Below are positions 1 to 14,403 of a stretch of DNA of 64,000 nucleotides, one piece after another (the first letter of the stretch is position 1; every line of letters starts with the position of its first letter). The stretch is from Planctomycetota bacterium (GTDB taxonomy: Bacteria; Planctomycetota; UBA1135; GCA-002686595): the NCBI GenBank assembly GCA_040880665.1, contig JBBDIB010000061.1:24688-88687 (forward strand), read 5' to 3'. The notes beneath the pieces are model-generated. The model was not told the origin of the DNA. It was given only the letters and a program-made list of their open reading frames with translations, and did not search any database. Position numbers and translations under genes: made by a program.

Positions 1-579
1 CAGCTTCCAACAGACCCATTCGCCTATACTCATTGTCAAGCCAAGCCGGGTGGAGCGGTCCAAGGGTTGGTCAAGGAGTAGAACCTGTCGGTCGGGATGA
101 TCCGGCCAAGCAGCCGATTGCCGGTGCCGCTTCGCTTGGCGCTCGAATTCTGAAACCCCAAATACAAAATCGCACGCTGGACACCGAGCTGTCGGCCACG
201 CATCGCATGAGGCAGCGGCTGGAACCGCATCGTGTGCAGTGCGGCAGCGCGGACAGGCCAACCCACCCTTAGAACGATGCGACGTCACGCTTCTAAATCA
301 CAGCCTGGCGAAGAGTTTGGCACGTTTAGCGTCTCGCGACGGGGCGCGGTGGTGGAATGGTCACGCGTGGTGGGAGGCATGGATGCACTCGATGCGATTT
401 GGCTGATGGTGAGCACCGGATAAGAAGGAGCCTATGCGTTTGGCGTTGATGCGTCAACGTTGGGAATGTCGAGAAAGTTCAGAGCTACGAACGACTAAAC
501 CGGATCGGCAAGCCGGTGCCGGGCCCTGGCGAACCAAGCAAGTCTTGCGAACGGTTCGACTCGTCGGCGCCGCACCCCG

Positions 580-1971
580 TCAATTACGCCGCCAGAACGG
601 CACGACCTCACCGATGCCGTCCTCCACCAGGCACAACGCCAGCACCCTCGAGTCGCTCAGCCGCAGCACACACGCCCCGTGCCACCTGTCGTCCCACAGC
701 ACGGGGACGTCCAGCGCGTGGCGCTCGGTTAGCGGAAGCAGGCTCGCCGCGTCCACAGCCACCGGCGGGCGATCGGGGGGGCCGATCAGGAGGCAGGCGC
801 CGGGCGTCGCGCTCGGCGGTTGGCTCGGGACGGGCCACGGGGCCTCCGGCGGCGTGGCCAGGGTGATCTCGGCCAAACCGTCGGCGATCCAAAGCACGTC
901 GACGGGCGTCGCGACTTGGCTGTCGATCTCGAGCGTCGGGTCGCGGGCGTCCTCGGGCGTGATCAGGATGTCGGCCGGCCCGACGACACCGGTCGCGGTC
1001 GGGAACAGCCAGCCCCGTCGGGTTTGCTTGCGGCGGAACAAGCCTTGGCGCCAGGTGCGCTCGGCGCGCAGGAGCTTGGGCATCGGGACGTCGTCGCGGG
1101 TGCCCAGGGCCAGGGCGGGGCGGGCGTCGGCGAACTTGGGGTCGGGCTTGGGGTGGAGGACGAAGCGCGTGCCCGGGGCGGCGATGGGGCCCGGCTCGTT
1201 GGCTAGGGCTAGCGCGATGCCGCCGACGAGCAGGGTGCGGAGCGAAGTCAGGTCGACTTGCAGTCCTCCGAAGAGGCCCGCGTTGAACTCGATTCCGCCG
1301 ACTTCGTGAAAGCGCGTGCGCTCGCGGACGAGCTCGCGATAGCGCGGGTCGACCCAGGCGCGGATCTCGACCAGGGTGGCGTCGGGGGTCAGGTCGACTT
1401 CGAGCACCTGGCCGACCTCGACGCCGCGGTACAGCAGGGGGGCGCCGGCGACCAGACCGTGGCGCTCGCGCGCTTCGAGGAAGAACTCGAGACCGCCGGG
1501 CGCGTCGGGCTCGGGGTTCGGCGGCTCGGCCAGCATGACGAAGTCCGTGCGACGTTTGGCGTCGGGGGCTCCCGGCCGCACGCCGATGCGGCGACCGCCC
1601 AGAATGGTGTCGAGTCCTTGAATCCCGTCCAGGGAGAGCCGCGGGCGCTCGACCCAAAAAAGGCTGCCCTCGCGCGCCAAGCCGTTGGCCTCGCGCCGGA
1701 GTCGCGCGTGGACGAAGAGCTCGTCCAAGCTGGGCGCCAGCTCGATCTCGCGCACCTCGCCGACGCGCGCGCCGCGATACACGATGGCGTCGCCGACCGC
1801 GAGACCGTGGCCTTCGGAGGCGCGCAGCAAGAGCGCCGTGCCGCGTTCGCTCCAGGCCGACCAGACCAACGCCGCGACCAAGAGAGCGACGACGAAGGGC
1901 ACGAACGTGACGAGACCGATGCGGCTCGAGCGCTCGACCGTGGCGATGGGGAGGTCTTCGATCTGAGTCAT
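580..1971 (-). CDS. pqiB: PqiB/MlaD-family (MCE domain) intermembrane transport protein
   Basis: ORF 580..2082 trimmed to the ATG at 1971 (MTQIEDLPIA). N-terminal TM helix (IGLVTFVPFVVALLVAALVW) followed by repeated MCE-like segments (GDAIVYRGARVGEVREIEL; GAPLLYRGVEVGQVLEVDL). ATGA overlap with the stop of the upstream pqiA-like gene. Confidence 0.75.
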   Translation of the reverse strand: MTQIEDLPIATVERSSRIGLVTFVPFVVALLVAALVWSAWSERGTALLLRASEGHGLAVGDAIVYRGARVGEVREIELAPSLDELFVHARLRREANGLAREGSLFWVERPRLSLDGIQGLDTILGGRRIGVRPGAPDAKRRTDFVMLAEPPNPEPDAPGGLEFFLEARERHGLVAGAPLLYRGVEVGQVLEVDLTPDATLVEIRAWVDPRYRELVRERTRFHEVGGIEFNAGLFGGLQVDLTSLRTLLVGGIALALANEPGPIAAPGTRFVLHPKPDPKFADARPALALGTRDDVPMPKLLRAERTWRQGLFRRKQTRRGWLFPTATGVVGPADILITPEDARDPTLEIDSQVATPVDVLWIADGLAEITLATPPEAPWPVPSQPPSATPGACLLIGPPDRPPVAVDAASLLPLTERHALDVPVLWDDRWHGACVLRLSDSRVLALCLVEDGIGEVVPFWRRN

Positions 1972-2609
1972 GAAGTGGCTCGACGTAGGTCTCGGCGGGC
2001 GGGGGACGCGGCCCAGAAATCGTGGGGATCGAACGCGGCGCTGGCCAAGAGCGAGAGCGCGACCAACAGGCAAAAGGCCCACGCGCCCGGGCCCGGCGTG
2101 ACCTCGACCAAGTCGCCCAGCTTGAGCGCGGCGACCAAAGCCGCGATCAAGAACACGTCCAGCATGCCCCAGCGTCCGGCGACCTCGACCGCGTGATGCA
2201 AACGCGCACGCCGGGCTTCCGAGCGCGGCAGCCCAAAGGCCAGCGCGGCGATCGAAGCCAGCTTGGTCACCGGCAACAGCACCGACGTGAACAACACGAC
2301 GCCGCCGACGACGTACTCACCATGCGCCAAGAGGCCGAGCGTGCCGCCGAGGACGCTCGAGCTAGAGGTCGCGCCGAACTGCTCGAACTCGGCGATCGGC
2401 AGCGAGATCGCGACGGGAAACAGGATCAAGCCGCCGAGCGCCCAGGCCAGCGCGTGCGAGCGCGAGCGGCGCCGGCGGTCGGGATCGAGGACGACGGCCT
2501 GGCAACGCGGACACCGAGCGCGGTGCCCTTGGGCGACGAAGGGCACCCGCTGCAAAAGCCCGCATGCGGGACACCCGGCGACGTCGGGCTGGGGGAGGGG
2601 CGCACTCAT
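1968..2609 (-). CDS. pqiA: PqiA-family integral membrane protein (single repeat)
   Basis: 213 aa. N-terminal zinc-ribbon-like CPACG...CPRCQ followed by several hydrophobic helices (LAWALGGLILFPVAISLPI, VVGGVVLFTSVLLPV, LDVFLIAALVAAL, AWAFCLLVALSLLASAAF). Translationally coupled to the MCE protein downstream. Confidence 0.7.
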   Translation of the reverse strand: MSAPLPQPDVAGCPACGLLQRVPFVAQGHRARCPRCQAVVLDPDRRRRSRSHALAWALGGLILFPVAISLPIAEFEQFGATSSSSVLGGTLGLLAHGEYVVGGVVLFTSVLLPVTKLASIAALAFGLPRSEARRARLHHAVEVAGRWGMLDVFLIAALVAALKLGDLVEVTPGPGAWAFCLLVALSLLASAAFDPHDFWAASPARRDLRRATS

Positions 2610-2818
2610 GGGCTAGACGGTACGTTTCCGGGCTGCAAGGGGGGAACGGGGGAGGGTCACCCGAGGGCGCCGATCTCGTAATCCGCCACAAGCGTCGCGC
2701 ATTCCGCCTCGTGCCGTGCCATCAAGCCGCGCGTGGGTGCAGCGACCACGTTTCTCGTCCGAAGCGAGCATTCATGCTGTTCGCGTAACGCGCTGCATGC
2801 CGTTGTTTATCGCTCCTC

Positions 2819-5800
2819 TCATGCCGTCGCCCATTCCGAGGAGAGGAGCGCGGCTTGTTCCAACACCGTCTGCGTCGCCTTCTCTTGCTTGTCGGGAGGA
2901 TAGCCGTGCTTGCGCAGGATGCGTTTGACGAGCACGCGGAGCTGGGCTTGCACGTTCTCGCGCAGGGTCCAATCGATGGTCACGTTGTTGCGCACGGTGT
3001 CGACCAACTCGCGCGCGATACCGCGCAGCGTCTCGTCGCCGAGCACCTTCACGGCGCTGTCGCTCGTTTCGAGGGCGTCGTAGAACGCGAGCTCGTCTTC
3101 GCTGAGGCCGAGCTCTTGGCCGCGCGCACCGGCTTCACGTAGTTCCTTCGCGAGCTGGATCAGCTCCTCGATCACCTGCGCCGCCTCGATGGCGCGGTTC
3201 TGATACCTGCGAATCGTCTGCTCCAGCATCTCGGCGAACGAGCGTGCCTGCACGACGTTCTTCCGTCGGCGCGTCTTCAGCTCGCCTTTGAGCAGCTTCT
3301 GCAGCAGTTCCACCGCGAGGTTGCGCTGCGGCATGCCCCGCACCTCGGCGAGGAACTCATCCGAGAGGATCGAGATGTCCGGCTTCTCGAGCCCCGCCGC
3401 AGCGAAGATGTCCACCACACTTTCCGGGGCCACGGCACGCGAGATGATCTGGCGGACGGCGTGATCGAGATCTTCCTCCGGCCGTGCGTCGGCCGGGGCG
3501 CGCTTGGCGAGGACTGCCTGCACTGCCTGGAAGAAGGCCACGTCGTCGCGGATGCGAAGCGCCTCTTCGTGCGGCACCGAGAGCGCGAACGCCTGCGAGA
3601 GCTCGCGGACCGCGCGGATACAGCGGTCTTTGCCGTTCTCCTGGGCGAGGATGTGCTCCTGCGCAGCCGGCAATAGGCCGAGGCGTTCCTGCGGCGTGCC
3701 GGTCGTCCACTTCGAGCGATCGAAGCCTTGCTGCATCTCTTGGTTCGGGCGGATGAACGGCCCGAACAGCCCGCAGCAGACCTCGTACTTCTCTAGCATC
3801 ACCGCAACGGCCTCGTCCTGGTCCAGCGCCGTCCGTCCGGTTCCGCCGCTCTCGGTGTAGGTGGCGAGCGCCTTCTTCAGCTCGTGGGCCAGACCGAGGT
3901 AGTCGACGACGACGCCGCCCGGCTTGTCCTTGAAGACGCGGTTCACGCGCGCGATTGCCTGCATCAGGCCATGACCGCGCATTGGCTTGTCCACGTACAT
4001 GGTGTGCAGGCTGGGCGCGTCGAAGCCGGTCAGCCACATGTCGCGCACGAGCACCATGCGCAGCGGGTCGGCGGGGTCGCGGAAGCGGTTGGCCAGCGCC
4101 TCGCGCCGCGGCTTGTTGCGGACGTGTTGCTGCCACTCGGCCGGATCTGAGGCCGAGCCGGTCATGACGACCTTGATCTCGCCTTGGTCGTCTTCCTGGC
4201 CCGTCCACCCCGGCCGCAGCTTCACGATTTCGGCGTACAGCTCGACACAGATGCGCCGACTCATGCAGACCACCATGGCTTTGCCGTCCAGGGCTTCGAG
4301 GCGCTGCTCGAAGTGCTCGACGATGTCCTTCGCCACCACCTTCAGCCGCTTGTCGGAGCCCACCACGGCTTCAAGTTGAGCCCACTTGGTCTTGAGCTTC
4401 TCCTTGCGCTCGACTTCCTCGCCCTCGGTCGCCTCCTCGAACTCGGGGTCGATCTTTGGCCGCTCCGCGTCATCGAGCGCCAGCTTGGCCAGGCGGCTTT
4501 CGTAGTAGATCGGCACGGTGGCTCCGTCCGCGACCGCGCGCTGGATGTCGTAGACGCTGATGTAGTCGCCGAACACAGCGCGGGTGCTGGCGTCCTGTAA
4601 CTCGATGGGCGTGCCGGTGAAGCCGATGAATGAAGCATACGGCAGGGCGTCGCGCATGTGCCGCGCGTAGCCATCGACGAAGTCGTATTGGCTGCGGTGC
4701 GCCTCGTCGGCGATCACCACGATGTTGCGTCGCTCGGAGAGCGTCGGGTACCGGTCGCCCTTCGACCCATCGTCTGAAGAAGGGGGGAAGAACTTGTGGA
4801 TGGTGGTGAACACCACCCCGCCCGAGGCGACTGACAGGAGCTCCCGCAGGTGCGTGCGGCTCTCGGCCTGCACCGGCGGCTGGCGCAGTAGGTCCGCGCA
4901 GCGCGAGAAGGTCCCGAAGAGCTGGTCGTCGAGGTCGTTGCGGTCGGTCAGCACGACGAGCGTCGGGTTCTCCATCGCCGGCTCGCGAACGATTCGCCCG
5001 GCGTAGAACGCCATCGTCAGGCTCTTGCCCGAGCCCTGGGTGTGCCACACGACGCCCACGCGACGATCGCCGGGCTTGCCGCCGGGCCGCCGGCCCGACT
5101 CGTAACGCCCGCCGCCCTCGGCCACGTGGTCCGCGCGTGCCAACTCGGCGGCACGGAGCGTCTCGCCCACCGCGACCTGCACGGCGTGGAACTGGTGGTA
5201 GCCCGCCATCTTCTTGAAGAGCCGCCCGCTACCCTCGTCCTCGAACACGATGAAGTCGCGCACCAGATCGAGAAAGCGCCGAGGCGCGAGGAGCCCCTCG
5301 ATCACGACCTGGAGCTCGGGCATGTGAGTGTCGGCCACCGCCTCGCCCGAGATCGTGCGCCAGGGTTTGAACCACTCCCCGCCGGCGGTGAGCGTCCCGG
5401 TGCGTGCGTCGACGCCGTCGGAGATGACCAGCGCGGCGTTGGTCGCAAAAAGGGCGGGCACCTCGGCCTTGTAGGTCTGGAGCTGCTGGAAGGCGGACCA
5501 GATCGTGGCGTCCTCGTTGGCCGCGTTCTTCAGTTCGAGCACCGCGAGCGGCAGCCCGTTGGCGAACAGCACGACGTCGGGCCGGCGGGTGTGTTTGTTC
5601 TCGACGACCGTGAACTGGTTCACTGCCAGCCAGTCGTTGCTTCCGGGGTCGTCGAAGTCGATCACCCGCGCCTGGGCGCCGCGGATGGCGCCCTCGGCGT
5701 TGCGATACTCGACTGTCACGCCGTCCACGAGCAGCCGGTGCAGCGCGCGGTTGCGCTGGATCAGGTCCGCACCTTCGGGCCGCGTAAGTTTGCGAAGCGC

Positions 5801-6007
5801 GTCCTCGAGCGCTTCGGCGGGCAGGGCGGGGTTGAGCCGCGCGAGAGCGTCGCGCAGGCGCTGGGCAAGCACCACCTCGCCGTAGTCCGCCCGCTCGGCG
5901 GCGGGCGTGTCCGGGGCGATGTCAGGACCGTGCGCGATCTGCCAGCCAGTGCTCTCCAGCCAGGCGAGGGCGGCTTCCTCGACGACGGATTCAGAAAAGC
6001 GCGTCAT
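2819..6007 (-). CDS. hsdR: Type I restriction enzyme R subunit (HsdR)
   Basis: About 1060 aa with a typical HsdR N-terminus ([19 protein letters not shown]), helicase motif I ([11 protein letters not shown]), DEAH box ([11 protein letters not shown]) and a C-terminal helical domain. The ATG at 6007 overlaps the abiEii stop (ATGA). Confidence 0.93.
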   Translation of the reverse strand: MTRFSESVVEEAALAWLESTGWQIAHGPDIAPDTPAAERADYGEVVLAQRLRDALARLNPALPAEALEDALRKLTRPEGADLIQRNRALHRLLVDGVTVEYRNAEGAIRGAQARVIDFDDPGSNDWLAVNQFTVVENKHTRRPDVVLFANGLPLAVLELKNAANEDATIWSAFQQLQTYKAEVPALFATNAALVISDGVDARTGTLTAGGEWFKPWRTISGEAVADTHMPELQVVIEGLLAPRRFLDLVRDFIVFEDEGSGRLFKKMAGYHQFHAVQVAVGETLRAAELARADHVAEGGGRYESGRRPGGKPGDRRVGVVWHTQGSGKSLTMAFYAGRIVREPAMENPTLVVLTDRNDLDDQLFGTFSRCADLLRQPPVQAESRTHLRELLSVASGGVVFTTIHKFFPPSSDDGSKGDRYPTLSERRNIVVIADEAHRSQYDFVDGYARHMRDALPYASFIGFTGTPIELQDASTRAVFGDYISVYDIQRAVADGATVPIYYESRLAKLALDDAERPKIDPEFEEATEGEEVERKEKLKTKWAQLEAVVGSDKRLKVVAKDIVEHFEQRLEALDGKAMVVCMSRRICVELYAEIVKLRPGWTGQEDDQGEIKVVMTGSASDPAEWQQHVRNKPRREALANRFRDPADPLRMVLVRDMWLTGFDAPSLHTMYVDKPMRGHGLMQAIARVNRVFKDKPGGVVVDYLGLAHELKKALATYTESGGTGRTALDQDEAVAVMLEKYEVCCGLFGPFIRPNQEMQQGFDRSKWTTGTPQERLGLLPAAQEHILAQENGKDRCIRAVRELSQAFALSVPHEEALRIRDDVAFFQAVQAVLAKRAPADARPEEDLDHAVRQIISRAVAPESVVDIFAAAGLEKPDISILSDEFLAEVRGMPQRNLAVELLQKLLKGELKTRRRKNVVQARSFAEMLEQTIRRYQNRAIEAAQVIEELIQLAKELREAGARGQELGLSEDELAFYDALETSDSAVKVLGDETLRGIARELVDTVRNNVTIDWTLRENVQAQLRVLVKRILRKHGYPPDKQEKATQTVLEQAALLSSEWATA

Positions 6008-6879
6008 CGGCCACCCGCCTCTCCGACTGCTCGCCAAGTCCCTGCGATCTCACCGCGGATATCCGCCACGACCTGTTCCAGGCGCGGCGCCTTGAGACGG
6101 TTCTTGGCGAGGAAGGCTTTCCACTGTGCCTGCTTCGATGGCTCACGCGCGAACGCGTCGGTGAGTCCAACAGGCACGCCACTCGGCACTGCCGTGCCGC
6201 GACGTTCGAAGGTTGCCGCGATCGCTCGTTCCAGTTGACCCAGGCTGACAGCACCCTGGCACAGCAGGCCGTGCAGATCGAAGTAGTCCTTCATTCGACT
6301 GTTGGCGGCTCCGAGGACGACCACGGCGTGCAGCTTCTCGGCCATTACGGACTCTCGTGAGTAGGCGCGCAGGCGAGGCCGCGGGAGATCGAGCAGTCCG
6401 GGATAGTGTAACCAGGCTGTCTCGGGCGTTACGACATCGCCAATACCGACGTCGACTTGAACCCGCAGACGGGCTGCCCCGAGCCTGGACTCGATCGTCA
6501 CTCGATACCCGCCGTCGTCGCTGCCCACGCGGATCGTAACAACGCTGACGGTGTCGGCCAGAAAGGTCATCGCATCGGGCTCGACGTCGATCTCGCAGAC
6601 CTCGACGAAGATCCGCGCCAGCGCCGCTACGGACAGGTCGCCGAAGCTCAGAAGGTCGGCATCGCGAGTGGGGCGTAGCGCTTCGCCCAGCCAGGCCAGC
6701 AAAAGGAGGCCACCTTTGAGTGCGAACTGCTCCACGTGCGGCGATTCCGAGAGCCGGTAAAGGAGCCTCTCCAAGGCGTAGCGCGTGAGGACCAGATTCG
6801 GATCCACGCCGAGTCCCTTCGCGTGCTGCACGAGCCGCACCTGGATCGAACGAGCGAGGCCGTCGGGAGCCCCGCTCAT
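6004..6879 (-). CDS. abiEii: AbiEii/AbiGii-family nucleotidyltransferase toxin (type IV TA)
   Basis: 291 aa. N-terminus [35 protein letters not shown], then FALKGGLLL and RPTRDADLL motifs characteristic of AbiEii NTases. 4-nt overlap with the upstream abiEi gene. Confidence 0.85.
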   Translation of the reverse strand: MSGAPDGLARSIQVRLVQHAKGLGVDPNLVLTRYALERLLYRLSESPHVEQFALKGGLLLLAWLGEALRPTRDADLLSFGDLSVAALARIFVEVCEIDVEPDAMTFLADTVSVVTIRVGSDDGGYRVTIESRLGAARLRVQVDVGIGDVVTPETAWLHYPGLLDLPRPRLRAYSRESVMAEKLHAVVVLGAANSRMKDYFDLHGLLCQGAVSLGQLERAIAATFERRGTAVPSGVPVGLTDAFAREPSKQAQWKAFLAKNRLKAPRLEQVVADIRGEIAGTWRAVGEAGGR

Positions 6880-7484
6880 GACGCGAGCGCCTCGAGATAG
6901 GGCCGCATCACGCGCTGGACTCGGCAGAGGCGTGCGTAGCGGTCCAGCTCGTCCATGGTGAAGCGGCGCGCTCGCCAGGCCTCGCGCAGCGCCTCCAGCC
7001 CAACGTCGAGTCCGATCTTGTTGCGGTACTTGAAGCAGTCGGCCAGGGTCTTGGCGACGCCGTAGATGCGCACCGTCCGCCCCTCGAGCCGGTGCGACTC
7101 GACGCCCTCGGTCAGTGCCGGGCCCGAGCTACGCACGATGCGTAGCGGCGGATACTGCAACCTGGGACGTCGCGCCCGTCGGTCGATAGCGATCCAGACC
7201 TCGGACGGAAGCTCTGTGCCGATCCCGTGGAACTGCAAGGCGGACAAGAGGCACACCACACCGTGCGGCACAGCCGCGCTCGCGACGGCCAGTCCGTGAC
7301 TCTCCGTGATCGCCTGCCCGGCAAGGCGATACATGCCGCGAGCGATTCGTTCGATCTCCCCCGCCGCAACGAGTCGGGTTAGCACCTGGCGATGAATTCC
7401 CGCCGCCCGGATCTCCCGCGTAGTCACCCCTTGGGGGCGCCTTGCGAGCTTCAGGACCCTGTTGCGGTCAGTGGTGGGCGGCAT
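6876..7484 (-). CDS. abiEi: AbiEi-family antitoxin/transcriptional regulator (type IV TA)
   Basis: N-terminal winged-HTH segment GVTTREIRAAGIHRQVLTRLVAAGEIERIARGMYRL typical of AbiEi_4, with a C-terminal AbiEi_3-like region. The start is ambiguous: ATG at 7484 or the upstream ATG at 7532. Confidence 0.8.
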   Translation of the reverse strand: MPPTTDRNRVLKLARRPQGVTTREIRAAGIHRQVLTRLVAAGEIERIARGMYRLAGQAITESHGLAVASAAVPHGVVCLLSALQFHGIGTELPSEVWIAIDRRARRPRLQYPPLRIVRSSGPALTEGVESHRLEGRTVRIYGVAKTLADCFKYRNKIGLDVGLEALREAWRARRFTMDELDRYARLCRVQRVMRPYLEALAS

Positions 7485-7515
7485 GTGTCGAACTGTAGGC
7501 AAAAGGGGATATCTG

Positions 7516-7806
7516 TCAACACTTTGCCACACGACGCCCGCACCGCTCGCCGACTTCGCGACACGCGGTGGTCGCGTGAAAGGTCGGCGTCCAGGCGAGC
7601 AGCCCCACCGCCCGCTCGATCTCGCCGAGCCCCCGCTCGGCCAGGCGCCGGTCGTGCTTGGTGACGACCGAGCGCTCCCGCCCGAACAGCTCGGCCATTT
7701 GTGCCTGGCTCAGCCAGACCGTCTCCCGCTCCAGCCGCACGTCGACGCGGTCGGGGGCCTCGTAGAGGATGACCTCGCCGCGATTCGTGTCCTGTTTTTC
7801 GCTCAT
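7516..7806 (-). pseudogene. Truncated RhuM-family (virulence/Fic-associated) gene remnant
   Basis: The ATG at 7806 gives MSEKQDTNRGEVILYEAPDRVDVRLERETVWLSQAQMAELFGRERSVVTKH. This matches the conserved N-terminus of RhuM-family proteins, which often sit inside Type I R-M loci. The reading frame ends after about 96 aa (full-length RhuM is about 330 aa from memory) and runs into the abiEi upstream region. Confidence 0.6.
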
Positions 7807-7936
7807 GGGGCTCACCCTCGCACGAGCCCCGGCGGCTCCAATCCCGTGCGCTCGAAGAGATCGGGCGTGACGACATCGCCCCTCACGAGCCCATCGCGCA
7901 GCCGGTGCGCCAACGCGACCTGGCTCGGGCGCATGC

Positions 7937-9043
7937 TCATCGACTAGTCTTGCCAATCTTGTCGCCACGCGCCTTGAGAACGGCCAAGACCTTTTCGCCG
8001 GCGAGCCTCGCGTACAACGGTGGAACGGCGTTGCCGATCAAGCCGCACACGGCGTCCATCTGGTCCGTCATGAATCGGTAGCTCGCTGGAAAAGTCTGGA
8101 GGAGGGCAGCTTCACGGACGGAGATGGTGTAGCGGCGCTTGTCCGGGTGTCCGAACCTCCCCTTGCACGGAGTCGTGCAGCCGCTCGTGACGGTGGGCGA
8201 CGCTTGGTCCCAAGCCATCCTGCCGTAGACGTTCGTGAAACCCTTGTACCCGTTCCGATGACATGCGGGGCGCACCGACTCGTCCACTTCCAGCCATGTC
8301 CGGCCGGGTTCCGCCGCCTTGAGGCGCTGCTTGGTTTGCGACTGAAGGTCTCGCACCACGTGCCAGTCATGCGACTGCGGACCGCCGTCCTTCTGCGCGG
8401 CCTTCAACGTGACGGGAGCCTCCATGTGTCCTATGGCCTCTCGTACCGTGACCCACGGAACCAACTCAGAGGTCCCCTTGGGAGAGCGCACGTGCGACGG
8501 CTGCGGGAACGCGACGCTGAAGCCTCGGCCGGCAAGTAGCACCAAGCGCCGCCGAGACTGGGGAACTCCGAAGTCGGCCATCTGGTCAACACGCCATTCG
8601 TGCCAGTATCCAAGGCGCGTAAGGACATCCAGGAACTTCTTGAAGATCGGTTTACCGCGACCGGCGAGTCCCGGGACGTTCTCCATCATGATCGCCTCCG
8701 GCTGAACCCCCTCGATGAGTTCCGCCATCGTGAGGAGCAACTCGTTTCGGGGGTCGTCGCGTTCGTGTTTGGCGGTCAGCGAGCAAAATCCTTGGCACGG
8801 CGCGCATCCCGCGAGGAGCGAGACGTGATTCGTCCCGGCCGCTCGAAGGAGCTCCTCGGCAGACACGTTGCGGATATTCCTTTCGATCAACTCTGTTCGC
8901 CGGTTGTTCCAACGGTACGTGCGCGCGGCGATCGGATCGACCTCCACGGCAGCCGCGACGTGAAAGCCGGCGTCGCGGAGACCACGCGTCAAGCCGCCAC
9001 AACCGGCGAACAGGTCGATTGCGATGGGTTTCGCGTCGCTCAC
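7937..9043 (-). CDS. dcm: DNA (cytosine-5)-methyltransferase
   Basis: 368 aa with C5-MTase motifs I ([12 protein letters not shown]), IV (APCQGFC), VI (ENVPGL), VIII ([11 protein letters not shown]) and X (GNAVPPLYA). The GTG start overlaps the stop of the upstream GHKL-nuclease ORF (GTGA). Confidence 0.92.
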   Translation of the reverse strand: MSDAKPIAIDLFAGCGGLTRGLRDAGFHVAAAVEVDPIAARTYRWNNRRTELIERNIRNVSAEELLRAAGTNHVSLLAGCAPCQGFCSLTAKHERDDPRNELLLTMAELIEGVQPEAIMMENVPGLAGRGKPIFKKFLDVLTRLGYWHEWRVDQMADFGVPQSRRRLVLLAGRGFSVAFPQPSHVRSPKGTSELVPWVTVREAIGHMEAPVTLKAAQKDGGPQSHDWHVVRDLQSQTKQRLKAAEPGRTWLEVDESVRPACHRNGYKGFTNVYGRMAWDQASPTVTSGCTTPCKGRFGHPDKRRYTISVREAALLQTFPASYRFMTDQMDAVCGLIGNAVPPLYARLAGEKVLAVLKARGDKIGKTSR

Positions 9044-11108
9044 TTTCTTCGCGCCTTCTTCTTGTGGATCGGAACTTTGACTTTGGGCTTTCTCGCGCCG
9101 TCGGCGCCCCCTGGACCGGGCGTTTCCTCCTCCATCGGGGACACGTCCACTTCCGTTGCTCGCTTATGGAGAATCTCACGGAATTGAATGTGGCCTTGTT
9201 TTGCGCGTTCGATTAGGTCATCCCATGTGGTGAGAAAAACCCAACCTTTATCAGCGTAGGCTTCCTTCATGCTTTGCGCGTCGTTGTGCAACTGGGCCGC
9301 AATCAAGTGACTTTGCACATAGGCGTACTTGATCGCCTTTGGGTCCGTGAGCTCACCAAATCGCTTCAATACATGTTCACGGTACCTGTTTGCTTGAGAG
9401 ATGTCCTTCTCCCGCGCAGCATGTGCTCCGCGTTTTATCTCCACGATGTGAAGTGTGCCACCAACGGCTACGCAGAAGAAGTCAGCGCGGTCATCGTCTC
9501 CCTTCGCCTTTCCGCTCTTCTTTGCAGTGCCAGACACGGATCTAATCCAGGTCTCGACGCGTGCCTCCGCTTTGTTGAGCATCCATGTAGGATCAATTAG
9601 CCACGGGTTCCTTTCCAAGTGCTTGGAAATGACGCCCCGTTCCCTCGCGTCCTGATGGTGCATTCGCTCCAAGGCCTCAATGGCCGCCAGGTTGCTGTCG
9701 ATGATCTGGAGAAGCGTCACCGCAGTTCGCACTTCCATCGTCGAAAGAAGGCCGTCGAGCTGCTGAAGGTCCGTGATGTCGGTCTCGCGCAGTTTCTGAA
9801 GGATGCTGCGAAGCGTGGCGTTCTCCAGCGCGCCGAGGAACCAAGACAGAATGTTTTCAAATTCCGTCGGCTCCATCTCCACCGACTTGAACTTCTGCAC
9901 AAATTGGAGGGCCGCGTCCCTGTACGCCGGGGCGAGCTTCTCCATTCGGGCCTGGATCTCCGGACTGACCTCCTCGATGTGCTTCTCACGAAGCGAGGCT
10001 CTGAACTTGGCCCATTCGGAAAGGCATCTTCTAAGGAGCTTCTGACCCCACTCCTTGAGAGCCACTCCTTCCGGGCTCTCCCATGCGATGGAGTCCCTCG
10101 GGGTAGCGATGTGGTCGGCGGAATCTACTCCCGCGTCCAGCCATTCGGCCTTCACCATGCCCACCATGTATCGAAGGCCGTGCTGACCCGTAACCCCCCC
10201 GCTTATCTCAAAGAAGGTCTCCTCCTGGGAAATTTTGCCTCGGGTGTAGATGAGCAGGCCGCTCAGTTCTCCCTCGTTCTGTTTGCGGGGATGCTCGGTA
10301 AAGCCGAGCCAATACTTCACCGGCCCGCAGCCCGTGACTTCATCCGTTGCCCAACCCTTCTTCGGCTCGCGCCACTGTAACGTAATGTCCTCTTCGCGAA
10401 GGTCCTCTGCATTTATGCGGACGCGGAACTTCGGACCGATGAGCAGGAAGCGCTGCGCCATGCTGTGATGGAAGTTGTCCGCGTTTCGTGCCTTGCGTTC
10501 GTGCAGGTGGCGCAGAATTACGCTGGTGCCCTTAGTCTTCCTCGCTCCACTTGGGGCCTTACTGATTGGTCCGGCATAGACCACGTCAACCGGAGCCGGG
10601 CCTTGCTCGACCTTCGTCAGGTCAGCCAGGTCGAGTTTGAACCAAACAAGCGTCTGCTCCTTCAGGCCCGAATCCTTGTTCTTGTGGACGGTCTGCACTT
10701 CGAGCGTGTCCGCGATCCCAAATCCAGCGAGTTTACCGACGCCCTTTCGTCCTTGGAGTCGGCGGCCACCGGGTGACTTGTCCGTCTGCTCCGCTTTTCG
10801 CTTATCACGTCCAACGTTCAGGTAGCCATCACGGACCATTTCCCAGGTCATCCCGTTGCCATTGTCCGACACGGTGATGATCTGTTCGTCATTGTCCGGT
10901 TCCCATGCTTCATCGAGGGGAAGTCTGACCTCAACCTGCGTGGCGTCGGCGTCCCAGGCGTTTGAGATCAACTCCGCTATCGCGGGAACGGGCCGCCCGG
11001 CGTACATCTGCACGCCGAGGTGCTTGACGATGTTGCCGGCAACGGTTAGGACGAGCTCCTGAGGATCTCGACCAGGTAGGAGAACCGGCGAACTGTTGTT
11101 GGTAGGGG

Positions 11109-11112
<4 letters not shown>
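9040..11112 (-). CDS. GHKL (HATPase_c_3 / MORC-like) ATPase fused to a C-terminal PD-(D/E)xK (Shedu/DUF4263-like) nuclease domain
   Basis: 690 aa. Bergerat-fold motifs are N-box ELISNAWDA (aa 47-55), G1 DNGNGM (aa 83-88) and G2 [12 protein letters not shown] (aa 121-132). The C-terminus (aa about 495-650) has NPWLIDP, RADFFCV (D544), HIVEIKR (E558/K560) and a QxxxY (SQANRY). The protein ends in a Lys-rich tail. The GTG start overlaps the hsdS stop (GTGA). Confidence 0.75.
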
Positions 11113-13896
<2,784 letters not shown>

Positions 13897-14403
13897 TGCC
13901 TACCTCACTCGATCGTTGCAGTGCGGCGGTGTCATTGTGCGTCTAACTCGACTTCGACGGACCTGCGTAGCACGGTGTCCTGGAGTTGGGCGGGGCTGTG
14001 TTGCGCGGGCGCTCACACCTGCAGGGCGCTCTTCCGGCGTGGCGAAAGCAGGATTCATGCGCGAGTTTACCGGGGACCTCTTCCTTGGGACAGATCGGTC
14101 TCGTGCTTTCGATGCCCTGCCGTCAACTTCGGAGACTGTCTCAGGGTCGTCCCGACGCGTCACCGGACTCGGGACGGCGGGCGGCATCGCACCTCCGGAC
14201 CGTCAGCGCCGCGCGACGCAATACCGCCTTCACGTCCTCCCGTAGGAAGAGCGGGTTGTCGAAGCGCACGCCCTCCAGCCCCTGCCGGAGCAGCACGCGC
14301 TGTGCGAGGGGTCGAGCAGGCGCTCGGGGCACGGACTCGCCGGTACGTTCTCCGGCCGCAACGGGGGGAACACGGGAAGCCTCGGCTGCTAGAGTCACGG
14401 GTC

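Noticed and set aside
1-579. Somewhat lower-GC leader region with short ORFs (33..272 +, 36..266 -, 232..423 +)
   Set aside because: No family motif, signal peptide, RBS context or RNA consensus that I can recognise. It could be a gene remnant or a regulatory/ncRNA region, but nothing supports a call.
2810-2850. Inverted repeat cgctcctct...agaggagcg spanning the hsdR stop codon as a terminator
   Set aside because: The loop is about 20 nt, the stem lies partly inside the coding sequence, and no U-tract follows on the transcribed strand.
14141-14398. 85-aa minus-strand ORF in the hsdM/radical-SAM intergenic gap
   Set aside because: Part of it reads protein-like, but there is no recognisable family or convincing start context, and it overlaps the probable radical SAM promoter region. 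It is mentioned under the radical SAM finding but not called as a gene.
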